Of a DNA stretch of 55,602 nt, positions 24,677 to 34,721 are shown in pieces. Below the pieces are notes generated by a model, which did not search any database, was not told the DNA's origin, and worked only from the letters and a program-made list of their open reading frames with translations. The stretch is from positions 1-55,602 of IMG/VR virus record IMGVR_UViG_3300042288_000346; one strand, given 5' to 3'. The translations under genes and the position numbers were made by a program. The stretch is from a virus. Its lineage: Duplodnaviria > Caudoviricetes. Numbering within the stretch: the stretch's first letter is position 1; the number at the start of each line of letters is the position of its first letter.

Positions 24677-25090
24677 ATGAGCGAGGCAAGCGAAATTGAA
24701 ATGTTCAAGGCAAAGGTTCAGGCAGAACTGAATCGCCTTGAAGCTGGCTCTTCTGCAAAAGATGTGGCAGGCAAGGCTATTGGAAAGGATGGCCTGAAAT
24801 ACATAACGGTCATTGTTGTGATCGGAGTTGTATCTAGCCTTGCATTGGACTCCGACAAGATCGCCGCCGTAATGGGACTTCTTGGCGCTTCCCTTACCGC
24901 ATTGATTTCAATGCTGAATGGGATTGCAGGCGCGAATGAAAAAGAAGAGAAGCCTGAGTTTGGCGTTATCAAAGAGCTGATATCGAAGCTTGATAAGCTG
25001 GATCGCAAAGAGATGCCAATGCGTGTTGACGTGGAAGGCGATCATGTGACCGTCACCAAAGGCGAAGATGTAGTGAGGGCAAGCAAATGA
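24677..25090 (+). CDS. Two-TM membrane protein (lysis cluster)
   Basis: Two hydrophobic helices. Confidence 0.6.
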   Translation: MSEASEIEMFKAKVQAELNRLEAGSSAKDVAGKAIGKDGLKYITVIVVIGVVSSLALDSDKIAAVMGLLGASLTALISMLNGIAGANEKEEKPEFGVIKELISKLDKLDRKEMPMRVDVEGDHVTVTKGEDVVRASK

Positions 25091-25572
25091 TGACTCTGAT
25101 TTCTACGCTGACTTCGTTCTTGGCCGGCGGCCTTCCGAAGTTGCTGGCCATTTTCCAAGATCGTCAGGACAAGAAGCACGAGCTTGCGATGATGAACGCT
25201 CAGAAAGAGAAAGAGCTTGCGCTTGTCGAGCGCGGGTATCTTGCTCAGGCAAAGGTCGAGGAGATCAAGCTTGAGCAAGTCTCTCTTCAGACTGCGATGG
25301 AAGAGCGCAGTGCGCTTTACCAGCACGACATGGAGATCGGCAAGGGAGCCTCGCAGTGGGTGATCAACCTGCGTGCGAGTGTTCGACCCGTGATTACTTA
25401 CGGGATGTTCTTGCTGCTTGTGTTCGTTGACATCGCTGGCTTTGTGTACGCATGGCGTATGGGCACTGACTTCCAGATCATGCTCGACTACATGTGGGAC
25501 GAAGACACCCAGATCATCTGGTCTAGCGTGATTGCATTCTGGTTCGGCACGCAAGCTTTCTCCAAGAAGTAA
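25087..25572 (+). CDS. Putative holin (3TM-type)
   Basis: LRASVRPVITY...IAFWFG motif upstream of the lysozyme. Confidence 0.65.
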   Translation: MMTLISTLTSFLAGGLPKLLAIFQDRQDKKHELAMMNAQKEKELALVERGYLAQAKVEEIKLEQVSLQTAMEERSALYQHDMEIGKGASQWVINLRASVRPVITYGMFLLLVFVDIAGFVYAWRMGTDFQIMLDYMWDEDTQIIWSSVIAFWFGTQAFSKK

Positions 25573-25660
25573 CGATGCACCTCCTCCTTCTGATATGGCT
25601 GCTGCCATACTTCGAGGATTCCGACTCTGAGATCTCTGAAGAAGTCTGGAAGGACTGGCA

Positions 25661-26176
25661 ATGAAGATCGGCCCAGCCGCAATTAAAGTCATCAAGCACC
25701 ACGAGGGCGTAAAGTACAGACCGTACCTATGCCCCGCGCACTTGTGGACTGTCGGCGTTGGCCATCTCTTGTATCCGCAGCAGACTAAGCTTCCGATGCT
25801 CAGAACGCCGGAGAACGCCGCAATGATTCTGCGTAAGGAATTTTCCTTACTGCCGGAGGACAATCGTGTCTGGAGTGCTGCTGAAGTGGACGATCTCCTC
25901 TCTCAAGACCTTATGCGTTTTGAGCGTGGAGTGGCCCGTCTTTGCCCTAACTCTCTTAGCAATCAAGGACGGTTTGAAAGTCTTGTCTCTTTTGCATTCA
26001 ATGTAGGATTAGGCAATCTTCAGCGAAGTGGGCTTCGCATGAAGAATAATCGTGGGGACTTTGAGGGGGCCGCTGAAGAGTTCATGAAATGGACTAAAGG
26101 CGGTGGTCGCGTGTTACCGGGACTTCTGAAGAGGCGCAGAGACGAACAGGCTTTGTACCTCTCATGTCCAAGCTAG
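25661..26176 (+). CDS. Endolysin, GH24 lysozyme
   Basis: HEG...YLCPAHLWTVGVG catalytic region; LVSFAFNVG and LPGLLKRR..E motifs. Confidence 0.92.
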   Translation: MKIGPAAIKVIKHHEGVKYRPYLCPAHLWTVGVGHLLYPQQTKLPMLRTPENAAMILRKEFSLLPEDNRVWSAAEVDDLLSQDLMRFERGVARLCPNSLSNQGRFESLVSFAFNVGLGNLQRSGLRMKNNRGDFEGAAEEFMKWTKGGGRVLPGLLKRRRDEQALYLSCPS

Positions 26177-26751
26177 ATAAGATCGCAGAGGCGGCCAACG
26201 CCGTATCGAACCCTCTCTCCGCCGCGAAGACTACGGTGGAGTCTGCTCGTGGCTTGATGAACGAGACCTATGGTCTTGTTGAAGACGCCCGTGCTATTGC
26301 CGCGAAAGAAGCTGCCGTAAGGCAGAAGAAGCGCGACGAAGCAGCGCTGAAGCCGCAGCTCACAAAAGATCGTGTTACGAAAGTCGTTACAACCCGCGAA
26401 GTCAATTCGGCTGTAATCGACTACAACACAAAGACAAGCGCCGCGACTGCTGCAATGAAAGCAGCTCTCATCCGCGAGAAGCAGCGCGAAGAAGAGCATG
26501 CTATGTACTGGTCTATGTCCCAGTCTGAGCGTGCAGAATACGACCGCGCACGCAAAGAGCAGAATGAGAAGATCAAGCAAGAGCAGCTAAGAATCGTTCG
26601 AGAGAAGCGTAAGAAAGACGAAAGGAACGAAGTTATTCTTGCTGTTGTCGTGTCACTGATTATTTTCGTAGGCGGAGTTTACGGGATGCTTGCTTGGTTA
26701 GCTTATGCTTCCAACAACCAGCCCTTGAAGCAAGCACTTGGCCTTGGGTAA
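26164..26751 (+). CDS. Coiled-coil protein with C-terminal TM helix
   Basis: Charged helix followed by VILAVVVSLIIFVGGVYGMLAWL. Confidence 0.6.
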   Translation: MSKLDKIAEAANAVSNPLSAAKTTVESARGLMNETYGLVEDARAIAAKEAAVRQKKRDEAALKPQLTKDRVTKVVTTREVNSAVIDYNTKTSAATAAMKAALIREKQREEEHAMYWSMSQSERAEYDRARKEQNEKIKQEQLRIVREKRKKDERNEVILAVVVSLIIFVGGVYGMLAWLAYASNNQPLKQALGLG

Positions 26752-26772
26752 CGCTTTAATAAGGAGGCACTT

Positions 26773-27084
26773 ATGAAAGCCAGCGATGTGAAAAGAGAGG
26801 ATGGCAAGATTGTTTATAGGGGTTACAAGTTCCCCGGATTCAACAAGCCGATCAATGCTCCTGCTGGAGCCAAAGAGAAGAAGATGGTTCTGGCCAAGAA
26901 AGGCGAGGACGTGAAGCTTGTTCGCTTTGGCCTTCGTGGCATGCAGGACTACACGCAGCACGGCAGTGAGAAGCGACGGGATAACTACCGCGCACGCTCT
27001 GCCGGCATCCGCGACAAGTCTGGCAACCTGACCAAGGACGACAAGTTCTCAGCGAACTACTGGGCACGAAAAGTACTCTGGTAA
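26773..27084 (+). CDS. Conserved viral basic protein (DUF5754-like)
   Basis: VRFG..GMQDYTQH...RR.NYRAR...SANYWARKVLW pattern. Confidence 0.7.
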   Translation: MKASDVKREDGKIVYRGYKFPGFNKPINAPAGAKEKKMVLAKKGEDVKLVRFGLRGMQDYTQHGSEKRRDNYRARSAGIRDKSGNLTKDDKFSANYWARKVLW

Positions 27085-28526
27085 TGGAAGTCCAGTACTA
27101 CCCGCCGGGGCCGGCGTGTGAGTCCTTCCATCTGGATGGCTCATTCGTACGCGGCCTTATGGGGCCAGTAGGCTCTGGCAAGTCCACCGCATGCTGCTAC
27201 GAGATCCTCATCCGCGGCGTGCAACAGCAACCGGGGCCGGACAAGATCCGCCGCTCACGATGGGCTGCGCTGCGTAACACGTATCCTGAACTCAAGTCGA
27301 CCACGATCAAAACGTGGATGGACTGGATGAAGGATATTGCTGTGATGAAGTGGGACACGCCGATCACCTCAACGATCGCCATCGACAACATCGGTGACGG
27401 CACTGGGGTTGAGATCGAAGTTCTCTTCATCGCTATCGACAGACCTGAAGACGTGAACAAGCTTCGGTCGCTCGAACTCACAGGCGCGTGGATCAACGAA
27501 GCCTCTGAGATGGACAAGTCAGTCCTCGACATGTGTACGCAGCGTATTGGTCGTTACCCGTCCAAGCGCGTCGGCGGCCCGTCATGGACTGGCGTGATCA
27601 TGGATACCAACCCACCGGACGATGATTCTTGGTGGTATAAGCTGGCAGAAGAAGACAGGCCGAAGGGCTACAAATTCTTCCGCCAGCCGGGAGGCCTCAT
27701 GCAGGATCTGGACGAAAAGTCCGATACCCACATGGAGTACATCCCAAACCCAAGAGCGGAGAACATCCAGAACCATAGCCTTGGTTACCAGTACTACCTG
27801 AATCAGGTGGCTGGCAAAACCGAAGACTGGATCAAGGTCTTCCTGCTTGGGGATTACGGCACTACGATGGACGGTAAGCCCGTCTATCCGGAGTGGAACG
27901 ACAAGGATCACTTTAGTAGCAATTCGCTTATGCCGGTCGATGGTATGCCGGTAATCCTGTCGTTTGACTTTGGCTTGACCCCTGCATGTGTGTTCTTGCA
28001 GATGTCTCCGAAGGGACAGCTTCTCATCCTTGATGAGCTAGTCTCTGAGGACATGGGCATCCGCCAGTTCTACTCAGAAGTTGTCAGGCCTTTCATTCTT
28101 CAGAAGTACTCTCGCCATCGGATCGAGGCTGTGGGTGATCCGGCGGGAAACATTCGCGCACAGACTGACGAGAAGACCTGCATGCAGGAGCTTCTCTCAA
28201 TGGGACTGATCTGCGAACCAGCGCCGACAAACGAGTTTTTGGCCAGACGCGAAAGCGTGGCCTTTTTTCTTCAGCGTCTCTCTTCCAGTGGGCCGGGGTT
28301 TATTCTTGGCCCTGACTGCAAGATGCTGAGAAAAGGATTCAATGGCGGCTATCGGTACGAGCGCATTCGTGCGTCAGGCACAACGAAGTTCAAGGATCGT
28401 CCGGTTAAGGACAAGTTTTCTCACGTTCACGACGCCCTGCAATACGGATGTCTGCACATGAGGCACGAGATGAACCCCGTTCGACGCAAACCTATCAGAG
28501 AAGCAAGCACAGGCGGTTGGGTATAA
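27084..28526 (+). CDS. terL: Terminase large subunit
   Basis: GPVGSGKS, WINEASE, DTNPP, DFGLTP, GDPAG and SHVHDALQY motifs. Confidence 0.93.
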   Translation: MEVQYYPPGPACESFHLDGSFVRGLMGPVGSGKSTACCYEILIRGVQQQPGPDKIRRSRWAALRNTYPELKSTTIKTWMDWMKDIAVMKWDTPITSTIAIDNIGDGTGVEIEVLFIAIDRPEDVNKLRSLELTGAWINEASEMDKSVLDMCTQRIGRYPSKRVGGPSWTGVIMDTNPPDDDSWWYKLAEEDRPKGYKFFRQPGGLMQDLDEKSDTHMEYIPNPRAENIQNHSLGYQYYLNQVAGKTEDWIKVFLLGDYGTTMDGKPVYPEWNDKDHFSSNSLMPVDGMPVILSFDFGLTPACVFLQMSPKGQLLILDELVSEDMGIRQFYSEVVRPFILQKYSRHRIEAVGDPAGNIRAQTDEKTCMQELLSMGLICEPAPTNEFLARRESVAFFLQRLSSSGPGFILGPDCKMLRKGFNGGYRYERIRASGTTKFKDRPVKDKFSHVHDALQYGCLHMRHEMNPVRRKPIREASTGGWV

Positions 28527-28529
28527 AAC

Positions 28530-30467
28530 ATGGCACTTAAATCGGTCAAGTTACAAAAAGCGCAAGAGGACTCGGTCATCCTTGAGGAGCCGGTCGTGTT
28601 GTCGCTTTCAGCCTACGTCCGTCGTTGCTATGAGGAAGCAAAGACCGCGAAGTCTGACGTGACGGAGCGCTTGCTCCGCGCAGAGCGTCAGCGCCGTGGC
28701 GTGTACGATCCTGACAAGCTCGCAATGATCCGCGATACCGGCGGCTCAGATATCTTTATGATGCTCACGGACATCAAGTGCCGTGCTGCTGAGAGCTGGA
28801 TCAAGGACGTCATGCTTTCGACTGGCGAGAAGTCGTGGAGCCTCAAGCCCACTGCTGAGCCTGAAGTTCCGGATGTCCTGCGTAACGAGATCATCGAGGC
28901 CGTCACTATCGAGGCCGATCAGGTTCAGAGCGCCGGCATTGGCGTGAACCCGCAGAGCATCGAGAAGCGCATGGAAGAGATCCATGCGGAAGTGAAGAAG
29001 CGCCTGATGGAACATGCCAAGGACGCTTCGATGAAGATGGAGCGCCGCATCCTCGACAAGATGCAGGACGCCAAGTTCGACAGCACGCTCAGCGAGATCA
29101 TCTACGACTTCGTTACGTTCCCGTGCGCCTTCATCAAAGGCCCGATGATTCGTACGAAGAAGGTCATGAAGTGGGGTTCCAACTGGACGCCCAAGGTCGA
29201 GGAGACGATCGTCGAGGACTTCGAGCGCGTCTCGCCCTACGACATCTTCCCCTCGCCGAACGCGACAACCTGCCAAGACGGCTACCTGATCCATCGCCAT
29301 CAGATGACTCGTGCGGACATCGAAGTGCTGCGTAGTACTCCTTCGTTCGATCAGGGTGCCATTGATGAAGTCCTGCGCCTGTATGGCCGCTCAGGACTTC
29401 GCGAGCTGGTGCAGTCAGACACTGAGCGCAACCTGCTCGAAGGTCGCAACAACACGCTGGTCGGTACTGAGCTGATCGAAGGCGTGGAGTTCTGGGGGTC
29501 TGTCTCCGGCTACATGCTCCGCGAGTGGGGCATGTCCGATGTTGAAGATCACCGCGAGTATGAAGTCAACGTGTGGATGGTCGGCAGCTATGTGATCAAG
29601 TGCGTCAAGAACCCTGACCCGCTTGACCGTCGCCCGTACTCGAAGGCGTCTTGGGAGTCGATCCCCGGAGCGTTCTGGGGTCTGGCCCTGCCTGAAATGA
29701 TGACCGACATCCAGACTGTGTGTAACGCCGCCGCTCGTGCGCTGGCGAACAACATGGGCATTGCCTCCGGGCCGCAGGTCGAGATCTCTGTCGACCGCCT
29801 GCCTGACGGCGAAGACCTGACCAAGATGTACCCGTGGAAGATTTGGCAGACGACGTCAGACAGAACCGGTGGCGGTCAGCCGGCTGTCCGCTTCTACCAG
29901 CCCAGCATGAATGCGGATGCATTGCTTGCGGTGTACCAGTACTTCCAGCGCATCGCTGACGAAGTGACTGGCGTGCCGAACTACATCTACGGAAGTGGTC
30001 AGGCTTCTGGCGCAGGACGCACTGCGTCTGGCCTTTCGATGCTGATGGAAAATGCCGCGAAGGGAATCAAGCAGGCTATCCTATCGCTCGATGCTGCGAC
30101 CACTGATGTCATCCATCGCCTGTACGATCACCTGATGATCTACGACGACGACAACTCGATTAAGGGTGACATGCAGATTGTTCCTGCCGGTGTGGTCGGA
30201 ACTCTGCTCAAGGAGTCTGTCCAGCAGCGCCGGAACGAATTCCTGCAGCTGACATCCAACCCGGTAGACATTCAGATCATGGGGCCAAGTGGACGCGCAA
30301 TGCTGCTCCGCGAGGCGGCCAAGGCTCTGAACATGGATGTCGACAAGATCATCCCTGACCCTGAGAAGATCATGGAAGCCCAGAAGATGCTGAGCGAGAT
30401 GGCTGCGCAGCAGCAGCCTGAGCCTGCCCAGCCCGAACAACTCCCACCCCAAGGAATGATGCAATGA
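28530..30467 (+). CDS. Portal protein
   Basis: 645 aa directly after terL; RVSPYDIFPSP, DEVTGVP and RTASGLSMLM motifs typical of podovirus portals. Confidence 0.88.
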   Translation: MALKSVKLQKAQEDSVILEEPVVLSLSAYVRRCYEEAKTAKSDVTERLLRAERQRRGVYDPDKLAMIRDTGGSDIFMMLTDIKCRAAESWIKDVMLSTGEKSWSLKPTAEPEVPDVLRNEIIEAVTIEADQVQSAGIGVNPQSIEKRMEEIHAEVKKRLMEHAKDASMKMERRILDKMQDAKFDSTLSEIIYDFVTFPCAFIKGPMIRTKKVMKWGSNWTPKVEETIVEDFERVSPYDIFPSPNATTCQDGYLIHRHQMTRADIEVLRSTPSFDQGAIDEVLRLYGRSGLRELVQSDTERNLLEGRNNTLVGTELIEGVEFWGSVSGYMLREWGMSDVEDHREYEVNVWMVGSYVIKCVKNPDPLDRRPYSKASWESIPGAFWGLALPEMMTDIQTVCNAAARALANNMGIASGPQVEISVDRLPDGEDLTKMYPWKIWQTTSDRTGGGQPAVRFYQPSMNADALLAVYQYFQRIADEVTGVPNYIYGSGQASGAGRTASGLSMLMENAAKGIKQAILSLDAATTDVIHRLYDHLMIYDDDNSIKGDMQIVPAGVVGTLLKESVQQRRNEFLQLTSNPVDIQIMGPSGRAMLLREAAKALNMDVDKIIPDPEKIMEAQKMLSEMAAQQQPEPAQPEQLPPQGMMQ

Positions 30468-30835
30468 GTAAAGCAGGAAATTTCGCCGCAGGTTTGCTTG
30501 GCGGCTACGTTGGTTACAAGCAGCAGAAAGAAGCGCAGGAAGAGCGCAAAGCTGACCGCGAGATGATGCAGGCCATCCTTGGAAAGAAGAAGGATGACAG
30601 CGCAAACCAGCCTGCTGCTGTCGCCAAGACCGCGATGGCGGAAGGCGCTGCTGCTGCGGATGCAGTCTCCGTCTCTGGCGGGAAAGGCGCTGACGTGCTT
30701 GGCAATGTTGGCGTGAAAAACCCTATTGATGATCAAGCACTGGCCAACGGCGGCATGATCGGCGAGATGCCGAAGCAGTACGACCGCTTTGGCTGGCAGC
30801 GTCAGTCCTTCAAGAAGGGCACGCCCAGCTTCTAA
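30464..30835 (+). CDS. Hypothetical virion-associated protein
   Basis: Located between portal and scaffold; LANGGMI motif. Confidence 0.6.
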   Translation: MSKAGNFAAGLLGGYVGYKQQKEAQEERKADREMMQAILGKKKDDSANQPAAVAKTAMAEGAAAADAVSVSGGKGADVLGNVGVKNPIDDQALANGGMIGEMPKQYDRFGWQRQSFKKGTPSF

Positions 30836-31035
30836 TGGATCAAAGAACTAGAGAGGCGCTGAACCGTCTGAGTGCCGACTCAGACTTTCAGCTTTTCGTT
30901 TCGCATCTAACGGGATTGCGCGATGCGCGGCTTGTTGAACTGGAAGACGCTACGGTGGCGCTCCAGTCTCACAAGCTGCAAGGCTACTGCCAAGCATTGC
31001 GTGATGTCGTGCAGATGTGTGCTAGGAAACCCTAG
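30835..31035 (+). CDS. Small head-region protein (Bbp19-like position)
   Basis: DFQLFV...LQG..QAL pattern, just before the scaffold. Confidence 0.6.
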   Translation: MDQRTREALNRLSADSDFQLFVSHLTGLRDARLVELEDATVALQSHKLQGYCQALRDVVQMCARKP

Positions 31036-31075
31036 CGCACCGGAACCGGAGGAATCCGGATTGTTAGTAACAGCC

Positions 31076-31134
31076 TGAATACCAGATCGTAGGCAGAGAA
31101 TACCGATAGGCTCTCTTGCGCGAAGGTTGGCTCA
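31076..31134 (+). promoter_or_regulatory. Hairpin with a duplicated internal loop in the scaffold 5' UTR
   Basis: The GA-AUA-CC / GG-C-UC module occurs twice, nested. The hairpin ends 1 nt before the GGAG RBS. Confidence 0.55.
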
Positions 31135-31145
31135 TGGAGTGTTAA

Positions 31146-32111
31146 ATGGCTCGCGTTAATAGGAATGCTGAAAAGCAAGCGCAACTTGCAGATGAGATGT
31201 ACAACAAGGTCTATGGGAACACCGGTACGCCGGCTCCCGAAAACAAAGATCCGCCTCCGCAGGAAACTGCAGAAGCTCCAGTCACGGAACCGGTTACTGA
31301 TCAAGCCGCTCCCATTGACGAGGCACCAGCCGAAGTCAAAAAGGAAAACGACGAGAATCAGCCCAAGCCCAAGTTCCCTGATGCAGACCCGAACGATAAA
31401 AGTTGGGAGCAGCGGTACAAAGTTCTCGCGAACAAGTACTCAGCTGAAGTCCCACGCTATGCGGCTGAGATCCGTTCTCTGAAAGCAGAGATCGCGGAAC
31501 TCAAGAAGTCTGCAGAAGCAAAGCCGGAACCAGCCAAACAGGTTGACACTCTCGTCAAGCCTGAAGAAGTTGCTGAGTACGGTGAGAAGTTCGTCGACTT
31601 CGTGAAGCGTGCAGCCAAAGAGGTTGTACCTAACGATGTCAGCGAGCTGCGTTCAACGGTCGAGGAGCTTCGCAAGACAAACTCCCAGCTGGAGCGAAAG
31701 CGGTTCTTTGAAGAGCTTGTCGGCCTCTCCCCAACATGGGAGTCGCTGAATACGGACAAGGAGTTTCTTGACTGGCTTGGGGAGCTTGATCCCTACACCG
31801 GTCAGCAGCGCCAGTCTCTGTTCGACGACGCTTATGCAAAGTTAGACGCTTGGCGTGTCGCCAACTTCTTCAACTCCTATAACGATGGCCTTGAGAAAAA
31901 GGAACCTCCTGCGCAAAAGCCTAACCTTGCGGATCAGGTCACGCCTAAGACAACTGGCAAGACCGCACCCCCGCAAGGAAAGAAGCTTTACACGAATGCA
32001 GAAGTCGCTCGTTTTTACGACGAACTGCGCCGTGGAAAGATCACACAGGAAGATGCGCGGAGGATTGAGCAAGATATCTTCGCTGCTCAGGCAGAAGGAC
32101 GCTTTCGATAA
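31146..32111 (+). CDS. Capsid scaffolding protein
   Basis: Acidic/Pro-rich N-terminus, WEQRYK..KY.AEVP coiled coil, C-terminal AQAEGR; precedes the capsid gene. Confidence 0.8.
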   Translation: MARVNRNAEKQAQLADEMYNKVYGNTGTPAPENKDPPPQETAEAPVTEPVTDQAAPIDEAPAEVKKENDENQPKPKFPDADPNDKSWEQRYKVLANKYSAEVPRYAAEIRSLKAEIAELKKSAEAKPEPAKQVDTLVKPEEVAEYGEKFVDFVKRAAKEVVPNDVSELRSTVEELRKTNSQLERKRFFEELVGLSPTWESLNTDKEFLDWLGELDPYTGQQRQSLFDDAYAKLDAWRVANFFNSYNDGLEKKEPPAQKPNLADQVTPKTTGKTAPPQGKKLYTNAEVARFYDELRRGKITQEDARRIEQDIFAAQAEGRFR

Positions 32112-32148
32112 GCCCCTGCCCAGTGAAGTCAACTAAAGGAAGTTCAAT

Positions 32149-33123
32149 ATGTCTCTCGCAGTAAGTGGTAACTACTATGGTGCCGGTTCGGGCGTTGATG
32201 CCTACACTGGCAAGTTCATCCCTGAGATTTGGTCTGGCAAGCTTCAGGTCAAGTTCTATCAGACGACCGTGTTGTCTGATATCACGAACAACGACTGGGA
32301 AGGTGAGATCAAGGATCAGGGCGACAAGGTCGAGATCCGCACGGTTCCGTCGATCACTATCAACAACTACCTCAAGGGCCAGACGCTTGCCGCGCAGGTT
32401 CCGACGAACGACGTTCTTGAGTTGTTGATCGACAAGGGCAAGTACTTCTCCGTCGTCGTTGATGACGTGGATGACGTGCAGTCGGATCTCAAGCTCATGG
32501 ACATCTTCACGAACGACGCTGCTCAGCAGATGAAGATTGCCGTGGACACCGACGTGCTTGGCGCGTTGGTTGGCGCTTCGGTCGCGGCCAACGAGGGCGC
32601 GACTGCCGGTGCGATCTCTGGCGACATCAACCTCGGCGTGTCGGTCGGTGGCTCGAAGGCTGCCCGTAAGGTCACCTCGACCAACGTGATCGACTACCTG
32701 ATCGCGATGGGCCAGTGCTTGGACGAGCAGAACGCTCCGGAAGATGGCCGTTGGGTCGTCATCCCGGCGTGGATGGCGTCGAAGATCAAGACGTCCGACC
32801 TCAAGGACGCCTCGATCACGAACGACTCCATGTCGCCGCTGCGTAATGGCCGCCTTGGCATGATCGATCGTTTCACCCTGTATGTCAGCAACCTGCTCCC
32901 GTCGCAGACTGGCATCACTGGTGAGGGTGCGGACGCCAGCGTTAAGGCGTTCAGCTGCTTCGCTGGTACCCGTGATGCGATCACGTTCGCGTCTCAGATC
33001 ACGAAGATGGAGTCGCTCCGTAGCACGACTACGTTCGGCAACATCGTCCGTGGCCTGAACGTGTACGGCTACAAGGTCGTGAAGCCGGAGGCTCTCGTCG
33101 AGGGCTTCTTCTACAAGGGCTAA
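32149..33123 (+). CDS. Major capsid protein
   Basis: FIPEIWSGKL...EGEIKDQGDKVEI...GLNVYGYKVVKPEAL; strongly biased codon usage. Confidence 0.9.
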   Translation: MSLAVSGNYYGAGSGVDAYTGKFIPEIWSGKLQVKFYQTTVLSDITNNDWEGEIKDQGDKVEIRTVPSITINNYLKGQTLAAQVPTNDVLELLIDKGKYFSVVVDDVDDVQSDLKLMDIFTNDAAQQMKIAVDTDVLGALVGASVAANEGATAGAISGDINLGVSVGGSKAARKVTSTNVIDYLIAMGQCLDEQNAPEDGRWVVIPAWMASKIKTSDLKDASITNDSMSPLRNGRLGMIDRFTLYVSNLLPSQTGITGEGADASVKAFSCFAGTRDAITFASQITKMESLRSTTTFGNIVRGLNVYGYKVVKPEALVEGFFYKG

Positions 33124-33139
33124 TCCCTAGTAGGTAACA

Positions 33140-33178
33140 GGGAGGGTGGTTGGGGATTCCCGGCCACCCTCTCTTCTT
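33140..33178 (+). terminator. Post-capsid stem-loop (weak terminator or mRNA stabiliser)
   Basis: GGGAGGGUGGUUGGG-GAUU-CCCGGCCACCCUCUC followed by UUCUU. Confidence 0.6.
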
Positions 33179-33190
33179 GAGGAGGAAGGC

Positions 33191-33385
33191 ATGCTTTTAC
33201 GAAACAAGCGGACAGGGTTTGTATACTCGTACTCGAAGGTTCTCGCGAACGATCCAGAGTTCGAGTTGTTTGAGGAACAGCCTGTTGCGACTGTTTCGCA
33301 AGAGCATACTGAGACGGTGACAGTTCCTGTAAGGAAGAGAAAGTCAAAGAAGTCTGGAGAATCTAATGGCACTAACGCCCAATAG
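33191..33385 (+). CDS. Small hypothetical virion protein
   Basis: GAGGAGG RBS; MLLRNKRTG... Confidence 0.65.
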   Translation: MLLRNKRTGFVYSYSKVLANDPEFELFEEQPVATVSQEHTETVTVPVRKRKSKKSGESNGTNAQ

Positions 33386-34067
33386 TCTTTTCGATCGTGT
33401 ACGCGATCTGATTCAGGACGTAGGTAAAGTCCGCTGGACTGACACCGAACTTCTGAACTATCTGAACGATGGCCGGCGCGACCTCGCTGCCGCACGTCCA
33501 GATCTCTACGCGGAGACGACGAACCACGCCCTTGTTGCCGGCACACGCCAGACAATTCCGTCAGACGGAACACGGCTGATCGATGCCATCCGAAACGTGA
33601 CTTCTGCCAACGTGATTGGCCGCGCAGTCAGGATCGTCGAGCGCGAGATTCTGGATGCGCATTCGCCTGACTGGCACACGGAGCCGGCATCAACCTCAAT
33701 CAAGAACTTCATGTACGACGAGCGCGAGCCGAAGACGTTCTACGTCTACCCGCCTGCCGCCTCTGGTCACAAGATGACCATCGTCTACTCTAAGGCTCCT
33801 GCGGAGCTTATCTCTGCCGACCTCGTTTCCTCTTCAGCCCTTGAGAAGGAAGACATCTTCATCAGTGCGCTGGTGGACTATATCGTCTACCGCTGCCTGA
33901 GCAAGGATGCTGAGTTCGCCGGCAATGCCCAGCGTGCGGTTATGCACTATCAGGCATTTGCCAACCTAGTCGGCATTGGCAACAAGAAGCGGCTCACGAA
34001 CTCACCCAACTTGAACAACGTCGGCGGCGCAGTCCCGCGGGTCGCTACAGTGGAGGCTGGAGGTTAA
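33366..34067 (+). CDS. Head-tail adaptor (DUF6682-like)
   Basis: RWTDTELLNYLNDG...FYVYPP...ALVDYIVYR..SKD pattern. Confidence 0.78.
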   Translation: MALTPNSLFDRVRDLIQDVGKVRWTDTELLNYLNDGRRDLAAARPDLYAETTNHALVAGTRQTIPSDGTRLIDAIRNVTSANVIGRAVRIVEREILDAHSPDWHTEPASTSIKNFMYDEREPKTFYVYPPAASGHKMTIVYSKAPAELISADLVSSSALEKEDIFISALVDYIVYRCLSKDAEFAGNAQRAVMHYQAFANLVGIGNKKRLTNSPNLNNVGGAVPRVATVEAGG

Positions 34068-34070
34068 GTC

Positions 34071-34721
34071 ATGGCAACTCTCACCAGCTTCTACCCGTAC
34101 GTCCTGCCGGACGTCCCCGGCTGCCCTGAGATCTCCGTTGATCTCGCTTTGAAGGCATCGCTTATCGAGTTTTGCGAGAAGTCCCTGATCCTGCAGCGCG
34201 ACCACGACCCGCTTACAGTTGTTGCGGGTGTTGTGGATTACGACTTCGAGCCGCCCACCGGCAGCCTCGTAGTCAAGATCATGAAGGCTTGGTACAAGAC
34301 CAAGGAGCTTCAGCCCGTCGCCCCTGATGAGATTGACAGGGCTGAGCTGTACAACCGCACCTTCGTCGGCGCAAGCACGGACGGCGCTGAGCCGCAGTAC
34401 ATCCTGCAGAAGGACGAGCGCACCTTCTCGCTGTTCCCCATCCCGAAAGACACGGTCGCGAACGCCCTGACGATGCGCGTTGCCTACAAGCCGACCAGAA
34501 CCGCGAACACCGTTGATGACGTCCTGTTCGAGGACTACGCGGAAACGATCGCTCACGGTGCCAAAGCGCGGCTGTTTATGTCACCGGGAAAGACGTACAC
34601 GAACCCGCAGCTTGCTGTTGCGGCGATGGATCAATTCGGTCGCGGCGTGAATACCGCCCGTCAGCGAGCCGTTCGAGGGCATGTGCGGTCTGACTTGTCC
34701 GTCCAGATGCGGAGACTCTAA
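34071..34721 (+). CDS. Adaptor / tail connector protein
   Basis: PYVLPDVPGCP...EFCEKS...IAHGAKARL..PG pattern; gene position. Confidence 0.7.
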   Translation: MATLTSFYPYVLPDVPGCPEISVDLALKASLIEFCEKSLILQRDHDPLTVVAGVVDYDFEPPTGSLVVKIMKAWYKTKELQPVAPDEIDRAELYNRTFVGASTDGAEPQYILQKDERTFSLFPIPKDTVANALTMRVAYKPTRTANTVDDVLFEDYAETIAHGAKARLFMSPGKTYTNPQLAVAAMDQFGRGVNTARQRAVRGHVRSDLSVQMRRL

